This document shows positions 29,302 through 38,079 of a stretch of 64,000 nucleotides of DNA, piece after piece. Each line of letters begins with the position of its first letter. Positions within the stretch are counted from its first letter, which is position 1. The notes under the pieces were generated by a model that did no database searches, was not told the DNA's origin, and was given only the letters and a program-made list of their open reading frames with translations. The position numbers and the translations under genes are program-made. Source of the stretch: an uncultured Acidobacteriota bacterium (GTDB taxonomy: Bacteria; Acidobacteriota; Thermoanaerobaculia; Multivoradales; JAHEKO01); the NCBI GenBank assembly GCA_963713825.1, contig CAVQNG010000034.1, positions 1-64,000 of the forward strand, written 5' to 3'.

Positions 29302-30606
29302 TCAACGAAACGCGTAGAAAGTGATCAGCAGCCCGCACAGCAAGTAGAGCAGCGGATGGACTTCCCGAAAGCGCCCTGACAGGACGCGAATGATGACGAA
29401 CGAGACCAGCCCGAGCGTGATTCCGTTGGCAATGGAGTAGGTAAAAGGCATGGCGGCGATGGTCAGCAGGGCCGGAACCGCCTGATCGGGAGCAGTCCAG
29501 TCGAGATCCTTCGAACCGCGCATCATCAGAGCTCCGACCAGAATCAGGGCGGGTGCAGTGGCGATGGCAGGTACGGCGACGAGCAGCGGAGTGAAGAACA
29601 AGGACAAGAGGAAGAGCATGGCCACGGCCACGGCAGTCAACCCCGTCCGTCCTCCCTCTTCGACGCCCGTGGCGGATTCGACGTAGCTGGTGACTGTGCT
29701 CGTGCCGAGCAGTGCGCCGACCGAGGTGCCTACGGCATCCGCCGTGAAGGCTCGATTGGCGCGCGTCAGTTGACCCCTGTCATCGACAAAGCCGGCCAGG
29801 CGACCGACGCCGATAAGCGTCCCTGCCGTATCGAAGAAGTCGACAAACAGGAACGCCAGGATGACGCCGAGCATCTTGCCCGTCAGGAGCCCGTGGAAGT
29901 CCAAGGCGAACAATGTCTCGCGGGGGAGCGAGGGGATTGTCAGGACCGCTTCGGGCCCTGGAGCGATCCCTGAGATCCAGGCCACGCCAGCTACGATCAA
30001 GATCCCGTACAAAATCGCGCCTCGGATGCGTCGGGTCATCAGTGCGGCCATCAGCAAAAGGCCGGCCATGGCAAGAAGGGTAGGTGCGGCGCGAATGTCA
30101 CCCATGCCAACCAGGGTGTCGGCGTGATCGACGACGACGCCCGAGCTTTGCAGTCCGATCATGGCCAGGAAGAGGCCGATTCCGGCCATGGTTGCGACCT
30201 TGATCTGCACCGGGATGGCCTGAACCAGGGCACTTCGGGCCCCCGTTACAGCCAGGATCAGGAAGAGAAGTCCCTCGATGAACACCGCCGCCAGGGCGAT
30301 CCGCCAATCCACACCCATAGCACCGACGACTCCGAAGGTAAAATAGGCGTTGAGGCCCATTCCAGGCGCCAAAGCGAAAGGGAGATTGGCCCACAGGCCC
30401 ATCAGCAGCGTGGCCGTGGCCGAAGCGATCGCCGTTGCCACGACGACATCCTCACGGGGAAGCCCCGCTTGCGAGAGGATCTGGGGATTGACGAAGAGAA
30501 TGTAGGAAAGGGTCAGGAACGTCGTTGCGCCAGCCCGAAACTCGGTGGAAACTGTGGTTCCCGCCTGTTCGAGATCGAAGATCTGTTCCAGCTTGTCCTT
30601 CACCAT
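29302..30606 (-). CDS. NCS2/AzgA-family purine permease
   Basis: YILFVNP.IL, APGMGLNAYF, DFFDTAGT, GTSTVTSYVES, GGRTG, PFTYSIANG. Confidence 0.93.
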   Translation of the reverse strand: MVKDKLEQIFDLEQAGTTVSTEFRAGATTFLTLSYILFVNPQILSQAGLPREDVVVATAIASATATLLMGLWANLPFALAPGMGLNAYFTFGVVGAMGVDWRIALAAVFIEGLLFLILAVTGARSALVQAIPVQIKVATMAGIGLFLAMIGLQSSGVVVDHADTLVGMGDIRAAPTLLAMAGLLLMAALMTRRIRGAILYGILIVAGVAWISGIAPGPEAVLTIPSLPRETLFALDFHGLLTGKMLGVILAFLFVDFFDTAGTLIGVGRLAGFVDDRGQLTRANRAFTADAVGTSVGALLGTSTVTSYVESATGVEEGGRTGLTAVAVAMLFLLSLFFTPLLVAVPAIATAPALILVGALMMRGSKDLDWTAPDQAVPALLTIAAMPFTYSIANGITLGLVSFVIIRVLSGRFREVHPLLYLLCGLLITFYAFR

Positions 30607-30700
30607 CTTGGCGATTCTAACGACCAGCGGAAAATTGGATGAAACGTTTTGGCCTCCTCGAGCGTCTATTTATATGAGGCCAAACGATCACGCTTGAGAC

Positions 30701-30922
30701 ATGGTAGCCCATCCTCGATATCCCGAGATCTGCGTCGAGTCGCACAGCCACAACCCTCTCGCCCTGGTTGCTGCGGTGAGGGAGGCCATGCGGCTGGCTC
30801 ACATCGAGACCTCCGAGATCAGCCGCTTCTCGGATCAAGCCCTGACAGCCCCGGAGCCACAGCGGATTCGCGAGGTCTGTGGGAAGTGGGTGATTCTCAA
30901 CGACAACGGCCGGCTCGATTGA
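30701..30922 (+). CDS. Small hypothetical protein
   Basis: 73-aa ORF filling the gap between flanking genes, with globular composition. Confidence 0.6.
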   Translation: MVAHPRYPEICVESHSHNPLALVAAVREAMRLAHIETSEISRFSDQALTAPEPQRIREVCGKWVILNDNGRLD

Positions 30923-30932
30923 ACCGGTCTTC

Positions 30933-33881
30933 CTACTCGCTCTGCTGACCGGCTACAACGGTTCTGACCGACAGCTGCTTTCCAGCCACCTCGACCTTGA
31001 TCTTGCGCAGCTCGCTTTCTTCGAGGGCGCGCTCGGTGGAGAAGGAGAGGATGTACTGGCTGCGAAGCTCCTCGTTGATCTGGGCATAGGCCTCGTCGAG
31101 CTGGTCCATCTGCGTGATGTAGAAGATCCCCCCGCCCGTACCCTCGGTGACAGACTCGAGATCGATCTTCCTGAGCGCGCGGCGGGGATTCTGAATTCCG
31201 GCCAGGGACAGGATGTAGACCGGCACACCGAGCTGCTTCCCGTACTGAATGCAGCGCCTGGGCCCATAGCGGCTCTGCACGTCGTCTCCATCCGTCAGCA
31301 AGACCAGAGCCTTGCGACCTTCGGCCTCCTCGAACTGCAGCATCGAGAAGATGATGGCGTCGTAAACGGCGGTCAGGCCCTCGGGCTCCAACGAATTGAA
31401 GGTGGAGAAGAGCTCCAATAGGTCGCCGGTCGTGGCTTGAGCGAGTCGCGGTTTGCTGTCGAAGTCGACGAGGAAGGCCTGGTCCAATGGTCCGACGGTG
31501 GCGCCGAGGAACTGTGCTCCCGCCTTCTTGGTATCGATCATCAGGGCCCACATGCTCTCCGAGGTGTCGATGACGAGGCCTAGAACCAGTGGCACGTCGG
31601 CCGCCAAGGCGAAGCGATCCACGGTTCTCTTTTCGCCGCCTACCTTGATGGTGAAGTCCTCTGGCTGGAGCCCCCGAACGACCTGGCCATCGCGATCGCT
31701 GACGACGACGTTGAGCTCGACGAGGTTGACCACGACGAGCTCACTGAGGCTCTGTGGATCGAGCAGTACGGCATCCTCCAAGGAACTGTCATCGTCCAGA
31801 TAGGCCACCACCCGAACGTAGTCCTGTGCGCCGGGGGCAGGGGAGGTGAGCTCGGCGCGAAACGGCTCCTCGGTAAGGGTGGCAGCCAGCTCTTCGTTCC
31901 AGTAGAACTCGACGCGATCTAGGCTGCGGCCCGGTGGAGCGCTCACATCGGCTGTCACGACGGCACTGCCCGAGGATGGGTCGCCTTCGATGTCCCGAAT
32001 GCGCACCTCGAAGGAGCGACCTACCTGGTTGATCCGAATCTCGTGCGACCCGAGGCGCCGGCCGTCACCGGACAGGGCATCGGCTCTAACGACGTGGGGC
32101 TTGGTCTCGGCGCCGAACTCCATGACGGTGCGGAATGGTGGCTTCGGGTCGGTTGCCACCTTCTCGTTGTCGAGAAAGAACTCGACCTGCGCGACCCTCG
32201 GATCACTGCCGAGAGTGTCGATCCGGACCTTGCCTGTCACCGGCTGGCGCCTCGGCGGCAGCAGCCGGATCAGCTTGCCGGCCGTCGAGGAGCCGCTGGA
32301 GCCGGTCTCCGATGAGCGGCGTGGAGCGTTCCATTCTGCGACCCGTCGGCCGCTACCTCCTCCCAGGGAGTGATTCGAAATGTCGAGCGTGGCCGCGCCC
32401 CACAACCCCGTGTTGAGCTCCTCGACGACGACGACGCCTTGCGTCAAGTCCTCCGGCACCAAGATCGCTTGGCGGTACCGCCAGCGGTCCATCCCCGACA
32501 GGCTGCCAGGCCGAATCTGCTCATAGCCGATCGACGGTGGGTCGTCGATGACGGTCAGCGCCATCGTGACCCTGAACTGGGGGCTCTCGACGTTCTGAAT
32601 GCCTTGCAGGTCCAGGCCGATCTCGAGCAGTGCTCCCATCATGCCGGGACGAGAGGCGTCAGCGGTGTCAGGCCGGAGAATCGCCTCGATCGGAAGTGAG
32701 TGAGTGTCGGCGTCAGGCTCGTCGAAGAGACGACCAGCCCGTGCTGCCGAGACCCAGAGCGGAGTTGCCGCGGAGATCCACTTGGGTGCCAGAACGCCTT
32801 GGCCTGAATCCCCGGCCCTCACTTGGAGCGTCAGAGGCTGGCCTGTCGATTCGCCAGCGACCATGACTCGCAAGCGCTGGGCGTCGCCCAGCGCGCTCAG
32901 AGCGGCAGCAAATTCGTCGCGGCTCGAAGCGACGAGGCCCCCAGTCGCGTCTGCCAGTACCCGGACCCCTGATCGGGAGGCGGGGAAGAGCTCGTCGGCC
33001 GACTGTCTGGGCTCGAGTCCGACGACGGTCCAACCAGTCACGGCCAGCAATTGGCCGACCTGAGGCAGGAGCCCTGCGTCCTCGTTGGTCTCGGTAGCCG
33101 ACGTGCCCCCGTAGAAGAGCTGCGGTGAATGATCGACGGCCTCTTGCGCCACGATCAGGCAGCGAGGCGTTCCCTGATTGCCGGACGCTAGCCATCCGGC
33201 GAGCTCGCCCAAGTGATCGGACAGGATATTGAGCTCACGATTGAGGGCTGCTCCTGGATCCAGCAGCTGTCGGCCTTGCTCGGGTTCCCGGAGGGCCGCC
33301 CGCTGATCTTCCAGCTCGCCGGCCGTTTCCACCAGGTCGTAGTAGAGCTCCAGGGTTTCTCTGATTGCCTCCGGATCGCGCGTCGACTCGAGGGCCGTCT
33401 CGGCGAAGGGCTCGGCGACGACGATTCGAACGGCCCCAATGCGGGTCAAATTCTCGGCCTGGGAACCCAACCACTCGAATGCTTGCTGCATCCCGCTGCG
33501 GGTGGAAAGAACGGGATCCAGATAGACCTCGAAGTGCCAAGAGGAGGCTCCGGACGTCGTACCCTTGTCAAGCCGGCGCAGATCGATCTTGTGCACGGGA
33601 CTTCCATCAACGAGAACTTCGAGGTCCTGGAGACTTGGTCTCTCCGCGCTTGCGCTCGGGGCGAGGAGGAGAACCTCACGCTCCACCGCGAGGCGATCAG
33701 CTCCCTCGCCCTGGAAGCCGATCTCCGGAGGCCTTTCTGAGGATGGGGTCAGGGGAGGAATGGAGCCCTGAACCGCGTTCGCCCCGAGCACTAGCGCCAG
33801 GACCAGAAACCCCTCAGCAAGGCTTGGAAGGCGGCCGGCGAGATTTTGGCCGGCCGCCCTGGGAGTGCAATTGCGTTTCAT
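30933..33881 (-). CDS. VWA-domain protein (acidobacterial VWFA-related) with Ig-like domains
   Basis: VVVNLVELNVVVSDRDG..VRGL...DF, MIDAS DTSES, TAVYDA, LLTDG, ELRSQY; Ig-like V..VEFF..segments. Confidence 0.85.
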   Translation of the reverse strand: MKRNCTPRAAGQNLAGRLPSLAEGFLVLALVLGANAVQGSIPPLTPSSERPPEIGFQGEGADRLAVEREVLLLAPSASAERPSLQDLEVLVDGSPVHKIDLRRLDKGTTSGASSWHFEVYLDPVLSTRSGMQQAFEWLGSQAENLTRIGAVRIVVAEPFAETALESTRDPEAIRETLELYYDLVETAGELEDQRAALREPEQGRQLLDPGAALNRELNILSDHLGELAGWLASGNQGTPRCLIVAQEAVDHSPQLFYGGTSATETNEDAGLLPQVGQLLAVTGWTVVGLEPRQSADELFPASRSGVRVLADATGGLVASSRDEFAAALSALGDAQRLRVMVAGESTGQPLTLQVRAGDSGQGVLAPKWISAATPLWVSAARAGRLFDEPDADTHSLPIEAILRPDTADASRPGMMGALLEIGLDLQGIQNVESPQFRVTMALTVIDDPPSIGYEQIRPGSLSGMDRWRYRQAILVPEDLTQGVVVVEELNTGLWGAATLDISNHSLGGGSGRRVAEWNAPRRSSETGSSGSSTAGKLIRLLPPRRQPVTGKVRIDTLGSDPRVAQVEFFLDNEKVATDPKPPFRTVMEFGAETKPHVVRADALSGDGRRLGSHEIRINQVGRSFEVRIRDIEGDPSSGSAVVTADVSAPPGRSLDRVEFYWNEELAATLTEEPFRAELTSPAPGAQDYVRVVAYLDDDSSLEDAVLLDPQSLSELVVVNLVELNVVVSDRDGQVVRGLQPEDFTIKVGGEKRTVDRFALAADVPLVLGLVIDTSESMWALMIDTKKAGAQFLGATVGPLDQAFLVDFDSKPRLAQATTGDLLELFSTFNSLEPEGLTAVYDAIIFSMLQFEEAEGRKALVLLTDGDDVQSRYGPRRCIQYGKQLGVPVYILSLAGIQNPRRALRKIDLESVTEGTGGGIFYITQMDQLDEAYAQINEELRSQYILSFSTERALEESELRKIKVEVAGKQLSVRTVVAGQQSE

Positions 33882-33903
33882 TCCGAGGCCCTTCGACAGG
33901 TGA

Positions 33904-34548
33904 CTAGAGAACGAATAGAAACAGCAGCACCAATAGACCGAGAATGACAAGAAGCCCCTTCGTCCTGCCCGTCATTGGGGATTGTCCACCCTTCTTGTCT
34001 GGTTTGGCCTGCCGCGAGACCTTGCTCCCGGACACCTTGGCGGGCGGCGACTTGGCTCGAGACTCAGTCTTCCTGGTGCTTGGCTGTTCCGGCGATGGAA
34101 CCGTGTCCGAGCGGTGGTCAGGCCTTTGCAGTAGTTGCGGTCGCTGGACGGGGCCTTTGGGCGCTGGCTCCGTCAACCCCTCGACTCCGAGGCTTTCGAG
34201 CGCCTCGAAAACTGCGGCCCTCAATCTGTCGCGATTGGTCTCGTCGAGATGCCCGAACTGGACACCCATTCCGGAGGGGACCTCGGGACCGAGCGAGTGG
34301 GCACGAATCCAGACGACCTCACCAACTCCACGGATGGGTTCTCCTTCGCCCAACTGTAGCTCGAAGCGCAGGAGCGTACCGACCGGTCTTGGGTTCCTTC
34401 CTTGGACGAACATGCCGCCGATCGACAGATTGGCTGTGAAGCCATCCTGGGGCTCTTCCAAGGTGTCGAATTGAAGGCGCACCGGAGCCGCCAGTGGGGC
34501 TCGGGAATTTTCCCGGAACTGGTGCTCAGAGGGGCCTGTGGGTGGCAC
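33904..34548 (-). CDS. Membrane-anchored PilZ-domain protein
   Basis: RxxxR (RENSR), NLSIGG, GEVVW, GMGVQF; C-terminal TM helix. Confidence 0.85.
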   Translation of the reverse strand: MPPTGPSEHQFRENSRAPLAAPVRLQFDTLEEPQDGFTANLSIGGMFVQGRNPRPVGTLLRFELQLGEGEPIRGVGEVVWIRAHSLGPEVPSGMGVQFGHLDETNRDRLRAAVFEALESLGVEGLTEPAPKGPVQRPQLLQRPDHRSDTVPSPEQPSTRKTESRAKSPPAKVSGSKVSRQAKPDKKGGQSPMTGRTKGLLVILGLLVLLFLFVL

Positions 34549-34647
34549 AGCCCAGGGATGCTAGCAGATCGATGACAGCTGGACATTCCGGTGATTTCGT
34601 CGGTTACTGGTAGAATCGAGCGCCCCTGCCTCTCTCGAGTGTCCTCA

Positions 34648-36504
34648 ATGGAAGCGAATTCGCGCACTCCCTCGCTAGCTTTCTCGTCGCGTGCCGAGCG
34701 CGGGGCCGAGGAATCCCACCCAACGGCGGGCTTCTTCCATCGCCCTGTCCGACCGGTCAAGCCGAGGCAGAAGGGCTCTATCGAGGTACCTGACCGCTAC
34801 GTCATCCGAGAAGACGAGGCTGGCTCGTATCTGAGTTGCCTCGAGGCTCCGGAGTTGATGGTTCGAGTCGATCGCGATCTTTCCTTCACTGCGAGTGCCG
34901 CCCGCAAGGCGGATGAGGGGACCATATTTCTGGATGGCGTCGCGCAAGGCGAGCCCTTCATGGAACTCGAACGGCGTGTCTATAACCTGGATCATCACGA
35001 GGGTTGTGTCCGACACTTCACGCTGTCGACCTGTGAACAGGCCCTGGTGCTGGTGGCCCGTGGTCTGGATCTGAGGGAGAAGCCCTGGCAGGTGTACGCC
35101 AATGAGCCGGACCTGGATGTCGTACTGGCCGTCTGGGTATTGTGCAACGGCATGCATCTACAGGCCGAGGACTCGGCGATCCGCAATGCGGTGGTTCCCC
35201 TGGTGAGACTCGAAGGCCTGATCGACTCGCACGGCCTCGAGTTGTACGAGCTCTCCGGCTATCCGCGACAGATGGTGGACGAGATCACCGGCAGTCTCGA
35301 GTCGCTGCGGGAAACCGAGCTGAAGCTCAAGACGGATGGCAAGTGGGAGGGAGCCGACCTGCTCAGGTACCTCCGGGATCAGCTGCGCCTGCTAGACCAG
35401 ATGGTGTACCCGGCGGACTTCTTCGAGGCCTTTCGCGGTATCGAGGAGCTCGCGAAGACCGAGCTCACTGACAATAGGATCGCTGTGGTTTGCCGCTGCG
35501 ATTGCGGCATCTACGAGCTGGAGAAGGAGCTGAAGCGTTTGTATGGCAAGCGGCTCGGGATCGTTGGGCTGCAGAAGGGGCCTGGCGTCTACACGCTACG
35601 CCAGGTAGATCCGTTTCTGCCAGTCGATCTCAACGAGGCTTTTCGCAAGCTCAACGTGCTGGACCCTGCCGTCCAGCGCGGCGGCTCGAGCAATCGCTGG
35701 GGTGGCTCGGGGGAGATTGGCGGCTCGCCTCGCAAGACCGGCACCGCCATGAGTCCGGTCGACATCGCCGAGGCAGTGAAGCTGGCCTATCGCCGGCCCG
35801 GACTGTGGGACCGGTTGCGCTCGATTGGGCTCGCAGTGGGCCTCAGCGCGCTTCCCATGGTGGCAGGCTGGCTCGTCGTGATGTGGAATCAAGTGGTTGA
35901 TGAGCCGCTGGGCCTGTTCTCAGACCGCCTGCTGGAGTTCCTCGCGATGTCCAGCGCAGTCGCGATCTGTTGTCTCTTGTTGCTGGGGCGTCGGCGGAAG
36001 CGGCGGGTCTTCGGCCTGCAAGCTCCTGAGGGTAGGGGCTGGACTCTGATGGCTCCGGTCGTCGCTCTGGGCGGCCTGGCTGGAGGGGTCTGGGTCTTCT
36101 TGCAGTCCTGGTTGCAAGCCGGGACGCTGGGCTCTTTCGGGGTGCCACAGCTCCTGGCACTGGTGGGTTTCCCGCTGCTTGCAGAGGTCGTCTTTCGCGG
36201 CGTGGCGCACGGCGTCATGGTGCACGATTTCAGCGTGCAACACGCCCAGGGCCGCTGGTTCGTGTCGTGGCCTGTTGCAATATCCGCGCTGCTGTTTGTC
36301 ATTTGGAGCTTGATCCTCCGACCCCTGGTGATTACGGACCTCTGGTGGCCCGGTCTGTCGTCCTGGATTCTTCCCTTTGGAGCTGCCGTATCCGGCTTGG
36401 CGCTCGGGATGGCAAGAGAGCGTTCGGGCAGCCTGCTCGCTTCTCTTGGCCTGCACTACCTGGCAGTGGCAATCGGTCTGGTTATCGTCTCGATTCTCCG
36501 CTAG
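34648..36504 (+). CDS. DHH-like soluble domain fused to a degenerate CPBP (CAAX/Abi) membrane domain
   Basis: FLDG, NLDHH, EPDLD in the N-half; multiple TM helices with AEVVFRG and RERSGSL...LH in the C-half; start uncertain. Confidence 0.68.
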   Translation: MEANSRTPSLAFSSRAERGAEESHPTAGFFHRPVRPVKPRQKGSIEVPDRYVIREDEAGSYLSCLEAPELMVRVDRDLSFTASAARKADEGTIFLDGVAQGEPFMELERRVYNLDHHEGCVRHFTLSTCEQALVLVARGLDLREKPWQVYANEPDLDVVLAVWVLCNGMHLQAEDSAIRNAVVPLVRLEGLIDSHGLELYELSGYPRQMVDEITGSLESLRETELKLKTDGKWEGADLLRYLRDQLRLLDQMVYPADFFEAFRGIEELAKTELTDNRIAVVCRCDCGIYELEKELKRLYGKRLGIVGLQKGPGVYTLRQVDPFLPVDLNEAFRKLNVLDPAVQRGGSSNRWGGSGEIGGSPRKTGTAMSPVDIAEAVKLAYRRPGLWDRLRSIGLAVGLSALPMVAGWLVVMWNQVVDEPLGLFSDRLLEFLAMSSAVAICCLLLLGRRRKRRVFGLQAPEGRGWTLMAPVVALGGLAGGVWVFLQSWLQAGTLGSFGVPQLLALVGFPLLAEVVFRGVAHGVMVHDFSVQHAQGRWFVSWPVAISALLFVIWSLILRPLVITDLWWPGLSSWILPFGAAVSGLALGMARERSGSLLASLGLHYLAVAIGLVIVSILR

Positions 36505-36539
36505 AGTCTGCCTCTCGCGGTGGCTCTGGCGGCTCGAGA

Positions 36540-37151
36540 ATGAGCTCCCTACCCATGAAGTCCTATCGGATCAACGAGATTTTCTTCAGCCTGCAGGGTG
36601 AAGGTGCGCGCACGGGACAGCCGAGTCTGTTCTTGCGATTTTCGAAGTGTAACTTGACCTGTAAGGTCGAGACCCATGGTTTCGATTGCGACACGGAGTT
36701 CGAATCTGGCCGGGACCTGACCGTCGATGAGATCCTCGCCGAGCTGAAGGCTCTCACCGCAGAGTGCTCCTGGGTGGTGCTGACTGGCGGAGAGCCAGCT
36801 CTCCAGATCGACCGGGCGTTGATCGACGCGCTGCACGAGGCCGGCTACCAGCTGGCTATCGAGACCAATGGGACCGTCGAGCTGCCGCCGGGCCTGGATT
36901 GGGTCACGGTCAGCCCGAAGGTCGCCGAGCACGCGATTCGACAACGGGTTGCTGACGAGGTGAAATATGTTCGTACATACGGACAGGCCCTTCCCGAAAC
37001 CTCGGTCAAGGCTGAGAAGTTCTGGATTTCTCCAGCCTTCGAGGGTGATCGAGTCGATCCGCGGACACTCGAGTGGTGTGTGCAACTGGTCAAGGACAAT
37101 CCGCACTGGGGACTTTCCCCACAAATGCACAAGTTCTGGGGCCTTCGATAG
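36540..37151 (+). CDS. queE: 7-carboxy-7-deazaguanine synthase QueE (radical SAM)
   Basis: EIFFSLQGEG, FLRF, CDT, LTGGEP, IETNG, VSPK, LSPQMHK. Confidence 0.9.
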   Translation: MSSLPMKSYRINEIFFSLQGEGARTGQPSLFLRFSKCNLTCKVETHGFDCDTEFESGRDLTVDEILAELKALTAECSWVVLTGGEPALQIDRALIDALHEAGYQLAIETNGTVELPPGLDWVTVSPKVAEHAIRQRVADEVKYVRTYGQALPETSVKAEKFWISPAFEGDRVDPRTLEWCVQLVKDNPHWGLSPQMHKFWGLR

Positions 37152-37324
37152 CCAGAGGGGAATGTCTCCATGGCTCCTTTCTTTGGCTAGGTGAGAGTGC
37201 TACCTTTTTGGATAGCCCCGAGCTACCCGTGTGTTTCGGAGATCACTACCCCTAATGAGGTTCCTCTCGCACCGGTGTTTTCGTAGAGTCTGTTTGGGAA
37301 TGTTGAGTAGGAGCCGCTGAACAC

Positions 37325-37936
37325 ATGTCTTTGATCGCATTGAGAGCACGTCTGTCGGGTCGGCCCCAGGGTGGCAGCCGGACGGACAGATCTGCGCCTT
37401 CGGCTCCGGACGCTCGTCCCCACCTGGTGTTGCGCCGTCTGCTTCCCGTGGCACCGTCGGTGATCGCGGCAGTCATACTGGTCGCCTATCACCTGGTGCT
37501 TCTCTGGCATCGATTGACCGACTTGAGTTTGCTGCAGCCGGCTGTCGCCGTGCGGTGGATCGTCACGGTCGGTCTCTTGATTGGCCTTCGGCGGATGCAG
37601 GTGGCAGGCCTTCCCTTGCTTTGGGGGCGAAGAGCGCTTGCCTTTTGGCTGCTTGTTTTGCTCCTCCATGTGAGCTTCCTTGGACCGCTCTCCACCGAGT
37701 CGTCAGCCTCGGGAGATTGGAGCACCAGTGTCGGTTTGGCACTGGTCCTGCCGGCAGCAACGCCGCTGGTGCTGTTGTCGACGTTTCTGCTGGCCTGCTG
37801 GCTCGCGGCAAGAGCCACAGTAGCGAACTCACGACCACTGCAGTTACTGGCCTTTACGATCGCCAGCGCCGAGCACCCCTCCAGGGGAGGGTGGCTCCCG
37901 TCTCACTCCTCGAGACCCCCTCCAGCTACCTGCTGA
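37325..37936 (+). CDS. 4-TM membrane protein ending in RPPP; candidate arrest-peptide leader
   Basis: GGAG upstream; four hydrophobic segments; C-terminus WLPSHSSRPPPATC; 143 bp upstream of the TonB receptor. Confidence 0.7.
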   Translation: MSLIALRARLSGRPQGGSRTDRSAPSAPDARPHLVLRRLLPVAPSVIAAVILVAYHLVLLWHRLTDLSLLQPAVAVRWIVTVGLLIGLRRMQVAGLPLLWGRRALAFWLLVLLLHVSFLGPLSTESSASGDWSTSVGLALVLPAATPLVLLSTFLLACWLAARATVANSRPLQLLAFTIASAEHPSRGGWLPSHSSRPPPATC

Positions 37937-38079
37937 CATCGGTTTACAACGCCGCCGACCCCTCGAAACGGCACGCTCGCTGTGGCTGCCCGAGGGAACC
38001 TGCTCGCACGGGCTCGAGATCCGGGTTCGGGCAAACCGTAGAACGATCAGCAACACTCTTTTGGAAGGAATTTGGAACC

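Noticed and set aside
30607-30700. Purine riboswitch upstream of the NCS2 permease (CTCATATAA and GTTTC on the minus strand)
   Set aside because: P2/P3 stems and the conserved loop sequences are absent.
37190-37275. CIRCE half-site GAGTGCTA and Fur-like TAATGAGGTTCCTCTC
   Set aside because: The CIRCE left arm is missing and the Fur match is too degenerate to support.
37937-38079. Cobalamin riboswitch before the TonB receptor
   Set aside because: No B12-box or GCCACTG/GGGAAG motifs recognised.
37555-38079. 175-aa N-terminal extension of the TonB receptor ORF
   Set aside because: Overlaps the RPPP ORF in another frame; the RBS and signal peptide point to ATG 38080.
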